A DNA stretch of 42,980 bases, from assembly GCA_038046805.1 (NCBI GenBank), contig JBBSVO010000006.1, positions 1 to 42,980 on the forward strand. The letters run 5' to 3'. This DNA comes from Candidatus Micrarchaeota archaeon (GTDB lineage Archaea; Micrarchaeota; Micrarchaeia; Anstonellales; Bilamarchaeaceae). Below, piece after piece: positions 8,974-17,651 of this stretch. Made by a program: the position numbers and the translations under genes. The notes under the pieces were generated by a model that had not been told where the DNA came from, did not search any database, and saw nothing but the letters and a program-made list of their open reading frames with translations. The first letter of the stretch is position 1; each line of letters starts with the position of its first letter.

Positions 8974-9831
8974 TTACTCAGTTTTTGTTATCTTTGCAAT
9001 GAAAAAACCTTCACTGTTCAAATGCCTTGGATAAATTCTCCAACATTTCTTGCATTCTGCAGTCAGTCCGTAATCATGTGGAACATCTTTCAAATCAATT
9101 TTCTCAATCTTTGCCTCTTCTCGCACAGAAAGCAAATACTCTATTACATTTTCGTTTTCTTCAATAGAGTATGTGCATGTTGAGTAAACAAGCGTTCCGC
9201 CGTCTTTCAGCGCATCAAACCCCTTCATAATAAGCCTTTTCTGGACTAATGCCAGAGATTCTGCGTAAGCAACCGAGAATCTTTTTATTGCATTCGGATT
9301 TGATCCAAGTGCGCTGCATGGCGCATCAAGAAGAACTCTGTCAAATTCATCCTTAAGAGGCCAATCACGTGCATCCCGATTGGTTATTATCACATTAAGG
9401 GCCCCGAGTCGAGCAACGTTGGCAACAAGCGAAGTTTCCTTTTCCGGCAAGTCATTCGCAACCAGTGTTCCGGAATTCTCCATGATTGCTGAAATCTGGG
9501 TTGTCTTTGATCCTGGTGCAGCAGTCAAATCCAGTATGTGTTCGCCTTTCTTTGGCCCAAGAACAAGTGGCGGAATCATGGAAGAAAGACTTTGTGGGTG
9601 CAGATATCCCAAAAAATACTCAAATGTATTTCCTATCTCAAATCTATCAGTGTACGCCCGCCCGCTTTCATCCCATTTTATTTTTTTGTTTTTTAGTTCA
9701 GAAACCTCGTCAAAAGTCCCTATAGGAATCTTTAGGGTGTTTATCCTAAATGATTGTTGCGGAGCGGTTCCAATAGCCTCTTTATCCTCGGTTATCGTCC
9801 TAATCCACTCCTCAAACTCTCGCGGTTCCAT
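8974..9831 (-). CDS. RsmB/NOP2/Sun family RNA m5C methyltransferase
   Basis: SFRINTLK, QSLSSM, DLTAAPGSKT, LLDAPCS, LVYSTCT, EENE, EGFFIA. Confidence 0.93.
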   Translation of the reverse strand: MEPREFEEWIRTITEDKEAIGTAPQQSFRINTLKIPIGTFDEVSELKNKKIKWDESGRAYTDRFEIGNTFEYFLGYLHPQSLSSMIPPLVLGPKKGEHILDLTAAPGSKTTQISAIMENSGTLVANDLPEKETSLVANVARLGALNVIITNRDARDWPLKDEFDRVLLDAPCSALGSNPNAIKRFSVAYAESLALVQKRLIMKGFDALKDGGTLVYSTCTYSIEENENVIEYLLSVREEAKIEKIDLKDVPHDYGLTAECKKCWRIYPRHLNSEGFFIAKITKTE

Positions 9832-9979
9832 AACTAAAAGATAAGTATTTAACCTTTTAATTCCGGGGGTTTAAGGGGGACGCGGGAAAACCAGCCCGCT
9901 GATTCCTGAGAGGCATGGCTTCAGCCGTGGGATGGTAGCGACCTCCTTCTGTATTATTCAAATTTCGTTATCTTTTGTG

Positions 9980-10003
9980 GTTTATCGGCCAGTTTATCGG
10001 CCA
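9980..10003. repeat. 12-bp tandem direct repeat inside the IS left region
   Basis: GTTTATCGGCCA x2. Confidence 0.8.
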
Positions 10004-10028
10004 ATTCGCCCCCTCCCCCCTGCTCTGC

Positions 10029-10036
10029 TTTATATA
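10029..10036 (+). promoter_or_regulatory. TATA box for a leaderless tnpB transcript
   Basis: TTTATATA ending 24 nt before ATG 10060. Confidence 0.6.
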
Positions 10037-10059
10037 CCAGAATAAAACCAAGGCAAGCC

Positions 10060-11208
10060 ATGCAACAGCAAATCAGGGCATACAAATTTCGTCTTTATCC
10101 TTCAAAAAAGCAGATTAAGGAGCTGAATCATCACATCTGGATTTCAAAGGAACTCTGGAATACAATGCTTGCAACAGTAAAGGATTCTTATCAGAAAACA
10201 GGGAAATTTCCATCAAAACAAGAGCTTATGGAAATGGTAAAGAACAACTGTCTTTATTCCCAAACAGGCCAGATGGTTGCCCTTCGTCTTCTGGATGCAG
10301 TAAAAAGAAAAATTACAATGAAAAAGAAAGGCATCAATGCAGGTTTTCCAAGATTCAAATCGTTCTATCAAATAAACTCATTGAATTACCCCCAGTTTGG
10401 CTTTTCCCTTAATGATAAAAAGTTGAAGGTCACTCCTTTTGGAGAAATGTCAATAAAACGCCACAGGGAAATAAAAGGAAAGATAAAAACACTCTCACTA
10501 AAGAGAGAGCCGTCTGGCAAATGGTTTGCTATATTCGCAGTGATAGAGCCAGAGCCAAAACCAAAATCAAATGCTGGCCCAGCTATAGGCATTGATTTGG
10601 GCCTGATGAATTTTGCAACTCTTTCTGATGAAACGGTAATAAAAAATCCACATCACTTCAGGAGATTGGAGGACAAACTTGCCTTTCAACAAAGAAATCT
10701 GTCAAGAAAGAAGAAAAGAAGCAAAAACCAAGGAAAGGCAAGGCTGAAGGTTGCAAAAGTCCATGATCAGATAGCAAATGCCAGAAAAGATTATCTTCAT
10801 AAAACCGCGAATTTCATTTTATCAAAGTATTCCCTTGTTGCAATGGAAGAATTGCAACCTCAGAAAATGGCTATGCGAGGTCATGCAAAGGGAATCAATG
10901 ATGCTGCCTGGGGAATGTTTGCAAATATCCTCTCGTACAAGGCTGAAAGTGCTGGTTCAAGAGTGGTATTTGTGAATCCAAGACAGACAAGTTCAATGTG
11001 CAGCAGATGTGGGTCAAATGTGCGCAAGTCGCTTTATGAACGCAGCCATAACTGCAATGTTTGTGGGTTGTTCATAGATAGGGATATAAATGCTGCAATA
11101 AATATACTCAACAGGGCTACCGGCGGGACGCCGGGAAGTAACGCCTGTCAAGATGATGCGATAGTGTCGTCTATGAAACAGGAAGCCTACGCATTTATGC
11201 GTGGGTAG
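10060..11208 (+). CDS. tnpB: TnpB RNA-guided endonuclease
   Basis: RAYKFRLYP N-terminus, GFPRFK, RuvC-I IGIDLG, RuvC-II AMEEL, zinc finger TSSMCSRCG...CNVCG, RuvC-III DRDINAAINI; all catalytic residues present. Confidence 0.95.
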   Translation: MQQQIRAYKFRLYPSKKQIKELNHHIWISKELWNTMLATVKDSYQKTGKFPSKQELMEMVKNNCLYSQTGQMVALRLLDAVKRKITMKKKGINAGFPRFKSFYQINSLNYPQFGFSLNDKKLKVTPFGEMSIKRHREIKGKIKTLSLKREPSGKWFAIFAVIEPEPKPKSNAGPAIGIDLGLMNFATLSDETVIKNPHHFRRLEDKLAFQQRNLSRKKKRSKNQGKARLKVAKVHDQIANARKDYLHKTANFILSKYSLVAMEELQPQKMAMRGHAKGINDAAWGMFANILSYKAESAGSRVVFVNPRQTSSMCSRCGSNVRKSLYERSHNCNVCGLFIDRDINAAINILNRATGGTPGSNACQDDAIVSSMKQEAYAFMRG

Positions 11209-11232
11209 TTCACTGCATGATGAGTTTGGTGT
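11110..11232 (+). ncRNA. Predicted TnpB omega/reRNA (scaffold overlapping the tnpB 3' end, guide from flanking DNA after 11213)
   Basis: Inferred from the established TnpB architecture and the right-end hairpin; 5' boundary approximate. Confidence 0.5.
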
Positions 11233-11236
11233 GGAG

Positions 11237-12454
11237 ATGCAGAGTGCGACCGCTGCTGATATTCAAAAGCTTGTTTCATTAACTTTCGACGAAAGCCCCA
11301 AGGTTAGAAAGGATGCGGCCAAATCCCTTGGTGCAATCGATGATCCGGCCGCAGTTTTTGCACTTATTGAGCTAAGCTATGACAAAGATGCTGGGGTAAA
11401 ACACGCCGCACAGGATATTCTCCAAAAAATGAAATCAACAGAAGCAGAGACTATGTCATTTGCAGAGCTGTTCTCATCCCGTTCAAAAGATCAAAACACA
11501 GAAACCCAGATTGTAGATGAGGAGAAGAAGCGCAGAATTCTCTCCCCAATAGAGCAACTTTTCGAGAAAAAGCTTGGAAAGGAAAAGGCAGATGTCGTAA
11601 AAAAGAGAATGATGCCAACAATAGAAAAAGTCTATTTCAAAAGTTTAGGGAAGCAGCCTATGACCAAGGAAAACCATGACGACATAAACAGGCAGGCAAT
11701 GCAGGAATTTCTCACTAGTTATCTGGAAGCCATCGCTGGTATTGATGCTATCTCAGGAGTGCAAGTTCATCCAGCAGAGCCAACCCCGGTATCGTCTGCT
11801 GTTTCTCAAAAAACCCCGGTGCAGGAAACCCTTGTTGTTTCCGAGTCGGTTAATGTACTGGATGATGAAGTCGTGGAATCAGAACTGGATTCTGTCGGAA
11901 CACAGGAGCAGGAAATAGATAAAATAACCTCAGAAGTAAAGAAGATAGAAACCGAGGAAGTGGAAGAGCAAAAAGAGGAAATCGCAGTGGAAGGTCTTCC
12001 CCAGACTTTCTTCAAAAAAGCATATGAAACAATGATGCTTTCAGAAGGAGACGATGGAATAATGAAAAAAGAGCTAAAACGCATGCTCCGCGAGACCGAA
12101 CATGATGCGAAAATGGCGTTCACTCTGGCAAAGAGAAAATTCAAGGAATTGAAGCTTACAAATATCACAAAAATCAAGGATGGAATGCGCAATGTCAATA
12201 CTGATATTCTGGATGTAAAAACTGTTGATCACAAACAATATCCAAAAGGAAGGTCAAATGAAACATTTACCCGTGTGGTTGTTGGCGACGACGATGACGG
12301 CGAAGCAGTTGTTTATCTGTTCGATGGCCGTGGCAGCTGGCTTGTTCGCGGAATGAAAATAAAAGTCCTGAAGGGAAACGTCAAATCCTTTGGGTTTTCG
12401 GGAGAGACCGCGCTCACGATCGGGAAGAAGGGGAATGTTTATATTGTCTTGTGA
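11237..12454 (+). CDS. HEAT-repeat plus acidic linker plus C-terminal OB-fold (SSB/RPA-like) protein
   Basis: DESPKVRKDAAKSLG and DKDAGVKHAAQDIL HEAT motifs; C-terminal ITKIKDGMRNVN...VVGDDDDGEAVVYLFD...GMKIKVLKGNV...LTIGKKG resembles crenarchaeal SSB; start moved to ATG 11237 because GTG 11201 lies inside the IS end. Confidence 0.75.
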   Translation: MQSATAADIQKLVSLTFDESPKVRKDAAKSLGAIDDPAAVFALIELSYDKDAGVKHAAQDILQKMKSTEAETMSFAELFSSRSKDQNTETQIVDEEKKRRILSPIEQLFEKKLGKEKADVVKKRMMPTIEKVYFKSLGKQPMTKENHDDINRQAMQEFLTSYLEAIAGIDAISGVQVHPAEPTPVSSAVSQKTPVQETLVVSESVNVLDDEVVESELDSVGTQEQEIDKITSEVKKIETEEVEEQKEEIAVEGLPQTFFKKAYETMMLSEGDDGIMKKELKRMLRETEHDAKMAFTLAKRKFKELKLTNITKIKDGMRNVNTDILDVKTVDHKQYPKGRSNETFTRVVVGDDDDGEAVVYLFDGRGSWLVRGMKIKVLKGNVKSFGFSGETALTIGKKGNVYIVL

Positions 12455-12529
12455 GTGCTCGAATTCGTATTCGACCCAAACCTATTTTAACCCCATTTGT
12501 TATGTTCAATCACGGCAGCAGTGATTATT

Positions 12530-13213
12530 ATGTTGGCGAGACAAGAAACCGGAGCAAGGCATCTTGATCCAAAGATTCGGATAATTTGGACCATGGGTGC
12601 TGTTATCGCCTTGTTCATAATCTGGGTCATCGCTTCATTCGCTTCTTATATATTTCTTCAGGATTTATTTGGAATAAAAGAAAAGGGGTTCTATCCATTC
12701 GTACTTCTTGTTATTCTCCTTGCGGTCTTTCTACCCTATTTCATCTGGACAGATATGGAATACCGTCATTTTACGTTTTATTTAGGTGAAAAAGACATCA
12801 TAATCAAACGAGGCGTCATCTCTTCACACAGGGATGTCATTCCATATGAGAAAATCCAGAACATTAGCATTTCCCGGAGCATTTTAGAGCGGTTTTTAAA
12901 CCTAGCCACACTACATATAGAAACAGCAGCCCATAATCCAAAAGAGGGCGAGGGGATTATACCTGCAATTTCGGGCTATAAGCTGCTTGTGGATGACATT
13001 CTTGAGAAGTTAGAGTCTGCCAATCACACGGCTTATGTAGCTGATAATTCCAGATACTCACGAGATACTCCCCAAGACTCTGTCTCGGCTGATTTCGGGA
13101 AGAGCACAGAGCTTCTGGCAAGTCACATGCAGAATCTCGTAAAGGAAATGAAGGAATTGCGTGAGGAACTTGCCTCTGAAAAAGCCAATAGACGTGAAAG
13201 AAAAAGCCAATAA
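12530..13213 (+). CDS. Membrane protein with bacterial PH (bPH_2, YdbS-like) domain and C-terminal coiled coil
   Basis: 2 TM helices, then IIIKRGVIS...IPYEKIQNISISRSILERFLNLATLHIETA. Confidence 0.85.
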   Translation: MLARQETGARHLDPKIRIIWTMGAVIALFIIWVIASFASYIFLQDLFGIKEKGFYPFVLLVILLAVFLPYFIWTDMEYRHFTFYLGEKDIIIKRGVISSHRDVIPYEKIQNISISRSILERFLNLATLHIETAAHNPKEGEGIIPAISGYKLLVDDILEKLESANHTAYVADNSRYSRDTPQDSVSADFGKSTELLASHMQNLVKEMKELREELASEKANRRERKSQ

Positions 13214-13256
13214 AATCCAATTATTTGTCTTCGTTATAACTATTTGAGGTGAAATC

Positions 13257-13433
13257 ATGGAACTGACAAAATACGAACTCGCACGCATCATCGGTGCAAG
13301 AGCATTCCAACTTGCAGCCGGAGCACCGCCAATGGTCGGCGTGGGCGAAAATCCAACATTTATCTCAATAGCTGAATTGGAATTTGCAAAGTCCGTTATT
13401 CCGCTTGAGGTTCTGAGGAAGCCGCTTTCCTAA
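13257..13433 (+). CDS. rpoK: DNA-directed RNA polymerase subunit K (Rpo6), 58 aa, absent from ORF track
   Basis: GAGGTGA RBS; MELTKYELARIIGARAFQLAAGAPPMV...IAELEFAKSVIPLEVLR. Confidence 0.95.
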   Translation: MELTKYELARIIGARAFQLAAGAPPMVGVGENPTFISIAELEFAKSVIPLEVLRKPLS

Positions 13434-13436
13434 TTT

Positions 13437-13554
13437 GAGTCTGTTGCGAATCACTGGTTCTGTGCTTCCCGTAATGATTTGCGCGAGCGTAAGCGATGCG
13501 CTTTGCCGTGCCGAACCGCAATGTTATCGTGATCTGCGCGAGCGCACCAGACCC
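13437..13554 (-). other. Structured GC-rich intergenic element (candidate ncRNA or repeat)
   Basis: Nested stems on the minus strand GGGTCTG/CAGACTC, GATCAC/GTGATT, GGTTC/GAACC; internal repeat TGATYTGCGCGAGCG x2. Confidence 0.4.
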
Positions 13555-14232
13555 TTACCCATAATCCAAAAATGGGGCTTCCTTTATTTCTATAGTATAT
13601 GCCATTCCGTTTTCTTTAAGCAGCACTCTTTTTTCTTTATCTATCCATGAAGTTATCTTATCCTCTGTGTTTCCATTCTTGGTTATTTCAACAATATACG
13701 CTGTTCTGTTAAGGTATGTTTCCGTTCCAGTATATCTCATTTCTATTCGTTCTATGGTGGTATTCACGGGTCCATAATTCGAACGAAGCTCAACTTTCCA
13801 TATCCACCCTTCCTTTACTGCGAGCATCCATGGCTTAAACATCAGGATAAATGGGTTTGATAGCGTTATGTTTGAGTTGTTCTGATCAGTGCCATCCTGT
13901 TTTAGGCATGGTTGTTTAGTGCTTTCATTAAGTTTTATTTCCTTGAGCGCAATTGTTTTGCATGTTCCATATTGTCTTACTTCATACGTCAAAGAGGTTG
14001 TTTTTGCAGCATCTCCAAGTCCTTCCACTACATATGTGTAAGAGTATTTATCCCCATTTTTCAGCTGGAGCACAGAGTTTTTTTCTATTGGCTGTTCTGT
14101 GTATTGAAATGTCATTTCTTTTTCCAGTTGCGGGATGTAGAAAGACGGGGCGATCACAAACAGGGCGAGCAATACAGCTATAGACAACAGCGCGATTTTG
14201 GCATTATCGCTAAGCATTGTTGTTTTTTTCAT
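13555..14232 (-). CDS. Membrane-anchored or secreted hypothetical protein
   Basis: N-terminal hydrophobic helix; beta-rich body ending WIDKEKRVLLKE. Confidence 0.75.
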   Translation of the reverse strand: MKKTTMLSDNAKIALLSIAVLLALFVIAPSFYIPQLEKEMTFQYTEQPIEKNSVLQLKNGDKYSYTYVVEGLGDAAKTTSLTYEVRQYGTCKTIALKEIKLNESTKQPCLKQDGTDQNNSNITLSNPFILMFKPWMLAVKEGWIWKVELRSNYGPVNTTIERIEMRYTGTETYLNRTAYIVEITKNGNTEDKITSWIDKEKRVLLKENGMAYTIEIKEAPFLDYG

Positions 14233-14262
14233 TTTTCCGCCCGTTTTCGTGATCTGACCATA

Positions 14263-14790
14263 TTACTGTTTTCGTGCAATCTTCCCGAATTTTGCGTATG
14301 GCTTGCTGCTTTCGCTTTCCATTCTGTGGAAAATAACCTGGGAGATTCTCATTCCCTTATGCAGCACTATTGAGAACGGTGCAAAATTCACGATTTCCAG
14401 GACCTGGTGGTTGTCGCTTCCGGGCTGGACCACTGCCGAGGTTATGTGAACAGATAATCCCATTCTTGCGTATCGCGAGCGGCCTTCCAATTTTCCAATA
14501 ATGTTCGCCGGAAGCGTGATTTTTTCAATTGTTTTGCCGAGGCACATCCCTCCGGGCGGCAATACTACACTCTGCGCAACCGTCCGTTCCATCGCCTTTT
14601 CAAATCCGACCTTGGATAAGTCTACCTGCTTTCCTAAATATTCCCTTTTGAAAAACCACCATTCGTTTGAGAGCGTTAAATCAACCGAAGCAGAGCCGAT
14701 CTGGCTGTCTTCGCCCGCAGTAACGAGCGGTTCTATCCTCATTATCCCCCTTCTCAATGCGTTTTTTATGTCCCTGTCGGAAAATGCCAT
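14263..14790 (-). CDS. dcd: dCTP deaminase
   Basis: SDRDI, QIGSASVDLTL, EGRSRYARMG, QVLEI, GMRISQVIF. Confidence 0.93.
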   Translation of the reverse strand: MAFSDRDIKNALRRGIMRIEPLVTAGEDSQIGSASVDLTLSNEWWFFKREYLGKQVDLSKVGFEKAMERTVAQSVVLPPGGMCLGKTIEKITLPANIIGKLEGRSRYARMGLSVHITSAVVQPGSDNHQVLEIVNFAPFSIVLHKGMRISQVIFHRMESESSKPYAKFGKIARKQ

Positions 14791-14843
14791 ATTTCTACTA
14801 TCTCTCCAATGAATTTAAACCTTAGCAACCACATTTCACTAAC

Positions 14844-16622
14844 ATGGGCGTGCTTAGGCAAGATGGATTGACTTCTTCCGATTCTGCACCATCTACAAGG
14901 AACGTTCAGCGAATTCCACTCGCCGAACCCGTTAATTTAGATATTTCATATAAGAAACTTAGTATTCGGTTACTTTCGCTTTATCTGCTTGCCGTAATTC
15001 GTGATCCTGATTCAGAAAGAACCTGTCAGCTTGCGGCTTTATTCAAGGAAAAGTATATCGAAGGTATTTCAGTAGGCCGGCATTCACTAAAACCTTTCGA
15101 AGACCTTGATTCAGAACAAGCACATTTTGTTGGAGAAATCGTTTCGGATTCTATACGTGAATTCCCCGGCTTTTTGGGCAAAGATGGGGATCAAGAAGTA
15201 GTGCAGGCTGCATTAGAGTCAATGGTTTCTGTTGCAAGATTTACCTCCAATGCAAAAAAAGAATCCACTGCCCTGCTGCATAGGCTTGAACATCTATCTA
15301 CCTCTAGATTTCCAGAAAGAACACCGTCAGCAGATGCAAGTGATACCTCCTTGTTAAAGTCCGACCTTACAAACGCTTTAACTAAAATCACTGGTCTTGA
15401 AACCGAATTACGGAGGGTATCGGCCGCAGTAGCACAAAGACCGTCTTCTCAGGCAGTTCCTGCTTCAGTTGATACTACTCAGCTTGAACGAAGGTTCCAT
15501 AGCCTTGGATTCAGGATTAATGAACTTCACCAATTGGTTGCTGGTTTTAATACACGAGTAGAACGTCTGGAATTGGCAGCCAGAAAAGCAGTAAGTTTAC
15601 CTGCCGTTGTTCTACAAGATTCTGAGGTTGATAGTCCAATGGCAATTGCCCGAGTAGGTCAGTCAAAAGAATCTGATAAAACCATTCGTGAATTGAGAGA
15701 ACGAATCGCACAGACTGAAGCAGCTATTCGCGAGGTTCGAAGAGATTTTGTTGAAGATTCGAAAGGTCGCGCCGGTGCAAAGCCGCAGGTTTCTGCCCCT
15801 GCAACCGCTTCTCCGGTCGCAGAAGGTATAGGTGCAAAACAAATTCTTCCGATACCCGAAGCGCTTGCACGTTTTGGGGAAAGTGTAATAGCTGCAGGGG
15901 GTTCAATGCCATTGGATGTTGGAATCGCAATTGCGGATGAACTTCGGAGGTTATCGATGCGTATTCGCCTGGCTCTGGGTGCGGGTACTGCAGGGACCGT
16001 CATTCCTTCCACTCCTCCTGTGCAGGATGGTGTACTGCATGGAATTAAATTGAATCCACCTGTGCAAGATGTCGTTTCCATGGCAGAACTTTCAAAGCGA
16101 CTGATTGAGCTGAAAACCCTTAATCCAAAAATGAAAATGGAGGAGATGGCGGAAATCCTGACAGTGGAATTCCCGCATAATTCAATGGGAAGAATCAATG
16201 CGCGCTACGTTGAAACCCTATTCACTGCAATTTACAGGGACCATCCGGAGCTGAAGTCAAGGTCACGCTCAAAAGAAGCAGTTTCAAAAAGGACCGGAAT
16301 CTCGGCCCTGGTTCAAAGAATTGCCGGATTAATGTCCGAAAGGAACCTGTCGCTTCAGCAAATGCTGGATGAGCTTAAAACAGGTTCTCCTTCAAGGGAT
16401 TTCCAGACACGCCAGAAGCTTGGTGCATTCCTCAGCAAACACATTTATCCCGAACATCCGGAATTGCGAAAGTACGCTCATTCCGAAAAGCCCGCTGGTT
16501 CGAAAGCATCTGGTGTCCCATCAGCACAACCGCCCGCTTCCCAACCAGATCATCGGCCAATAATCGAGGTTTACTTTGAAAATGGAAAAGAAGTAGTGAT
16601 TAGAGAGGGAGACGTGGCTTAA
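14844..16622 (+). CDS. Hypothetical coiled-coil protein with two C-terminal helical repeats
   Basis: 592 aa; several heptad segments; repeats ending IYRDHPELK and IYPEHPELR; TTTAAA box about 25 nt upstream. Confidence 0.7.
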   Translation: MGVLRQDGLTSSDSAPSTRNVQRIPLAEPVNLDISYKKLSIRLLSLYLLAVIRDPDSERTCQLAALFKEKYIEGISVGRHSLKPFEDLDSEQAHFVGEIVSDSIREFPGFLGKDGDQEVVQAALESMVSVARFTSNAKKESTALLHRLEHLSTSRFPERTPSADASDTSLLKSDLTNALTKITGLETELRRVSAAVAQRPSSQAVPASVDTTQLERRFHSLGFRINELHQLVAGFNTRVERLELAARKAVSLPAVVLQDSEVDSPMAIARVGQSKESDKTIRELRERIAQTEAAIREVRRDFVEDSKGRAGAKPQVSAPATASPVAEGIGAKQILPIPEALARFGESVIAAGGSMPLDVGIAIADELRRLSMRIRLALGAGTAGTVIPSTPPVQDGVLHGIKLNPPVQDVVSMAELSKRLIELKTLNPKMKMEEMAEILTVEFPHNSMGRINARYVETLFTAIYRDHPELKSRSRSKEAVSKRTGISALVQRIAGLMSERNLSLQQMLDELKTGSPSRDFQTRQKLGAFLSKHIYPEHPELRKYAHSEKPAGSKASGVPSAQPPASQPDHRPIIEVYFENGKEVVIREGDVA

Positions 16623-16659
16623 GCCCATCATTTAAACCCTATTCCCCAAATTTTCAGTC

Positions 16660-17382
16660 ATGAAGATCAAAATCCTTTTCAATACGCGCAAGGAATGGGC
16701 GAAAAAACTAGTTCCTCAGGTCGCGGGATTCCTCAAGTCCGCAGGATTCGAAGTAGTGAAAAAAGGAGCCGATACTACTATTTGCATAGGCGGAGACGGA
16801 ACAATCCTTTACTATAACAATATTGGAAAAACTGAAGGAGCAGTTCTCGGAATCGGAAGCTCATCAAGCCATATCTGCATTCTCAGAAATGATAACTGGA
16901 GATACCAGCTCATTGATTCTCTAAAAAACAATAAATCCGAATCCCGTTTATGCATATCTGCGTCAGTAAGCGGAAAAAATAAAAAAATAAAAAAGAATTC
17001 CGCTACTATCTCCGCGATAAATGACATTGTTGTTCATACAATCGATTACCGCGTAATCACCATCCGCGCAATTGTCAATGGAGTTCCGCACGAGTTTTCA
17101 GGAGACGGAATCATTGTTTCCACACCAACCGGCTCAAGTGCGTACGCGTATTCCGCGGGCGGGGATATTTTAAAGCCGCAATCCTGCTTAATAGAATTAG
17201 TCCCAATATGTCCCTACAAGCGCACAATCTCGCATGTTGTCCTTGATGAAAATGCAGAAATAGAAATTTCCTCAAACCGCGATGCGGATTTAATCATTGA
17301 TGGAATCCACATAAAGCGGCTCAAAGACAAAGAAGCAGTAAAGGTAAAAAAGGGAAAAGACGTAAGGTTTTTGGTGTTGTAA
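16660..17382 (+). CDS. nadK: NAD kinase
   Basis: GGDGT, AIND, GDGIIVSTPTGSSAYAYSAGG, VPICP, IDG. Confidence 0.92.
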   Translation: MKIKILFNTRKEWAKKLVPQVAGFLKSAGFEVVKKGADTTICIGGDGTILYYNNIGKTEGAVLGIGSSSSHICILRNDNWRYQLIDSLKNNKSESRLCISASVSGKNKKIKKNSATISAINDIVVHTIDYRVITIRAIVNGVPHEFSGDGIIVSTPTGSSAYAYSAGGDILKPQSCLIELVPICPYKRTISHVVLDENAEIEISSNRDADLIIDGIHIKRLKDKEAVKVKKGKDVRFLVL

Positions 17383-17651
17383 TGCAATCCCCATCCCGCG
17401 AAGAAATCTTAAAACAAGGATTTGTAGAAGTTCGCGTTAACATAAATGGATTTCTCCAGCGCCATAAACTGATTGTTGAAAAACAGCAGACTCCTAATGG
17501 CGCGGTTCCATACCTTACCCTTGAAAGTAGGTATTATGCACCTTCAACCGAGCTTCTTCGTATAGCTAATGAGTTCCAGCTTCCGGTAAGGTCAAAAGAC
17601 GGCGTTTTCTTCCCAAAAGGAAAAATGAGCAAGGATTTTATTGGGTTATAA
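17382..17651 (+). CDS. Hypothetical protein, 89 aa
   Basis: TAATG translational coupling to nadK. Confidence 0.7.
   Translation: MQSPSREEILKQGFVEVRVNINGFLQRHKLIVEKQQTPNGAVPYLTLESRYYAPSTELLRIANEFQLPVRSKDGVFFPKGKMSKDFIGL

Larger units (their letters stand above)
9903..11213 (+). mobile_element. IS200/IS605-family element carrying only tnpB (IS1341-like, non-autonomous)
   Basis: Left subterminal hairpin CATGGC-TTCA-GCCGTG (9914-9929); right-end hairpin CCTACGCA-TTTA-TGCGTGGG (11186-11205) followed by TAGTTCAC ending at 11213; no tnpA; left boundary uncertain by about 1 nt. Confidence 0.8.

Noticed and set aside
10060..11208. Cas12f/Cas14 effector
   Set aside because: It has IS200/IS605 subterminal hairpins at both ends and no adjacent array, so it is an ordinary TnpB
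11201..11236. N-terminal extension of the HEAT-OB protein from GTG 11201
   Set aside because: It starts inside the IS right-end hairpin; ATG 11237 has its own GGTGTGGAG RBS
13437..13554. 5S rRNA or SRP RNA
   Set aside because: Length fits 5S but the conserved CCCATCCCGAAC/GAAGTTAAG words are absent, as is the SRP helix-8 motif
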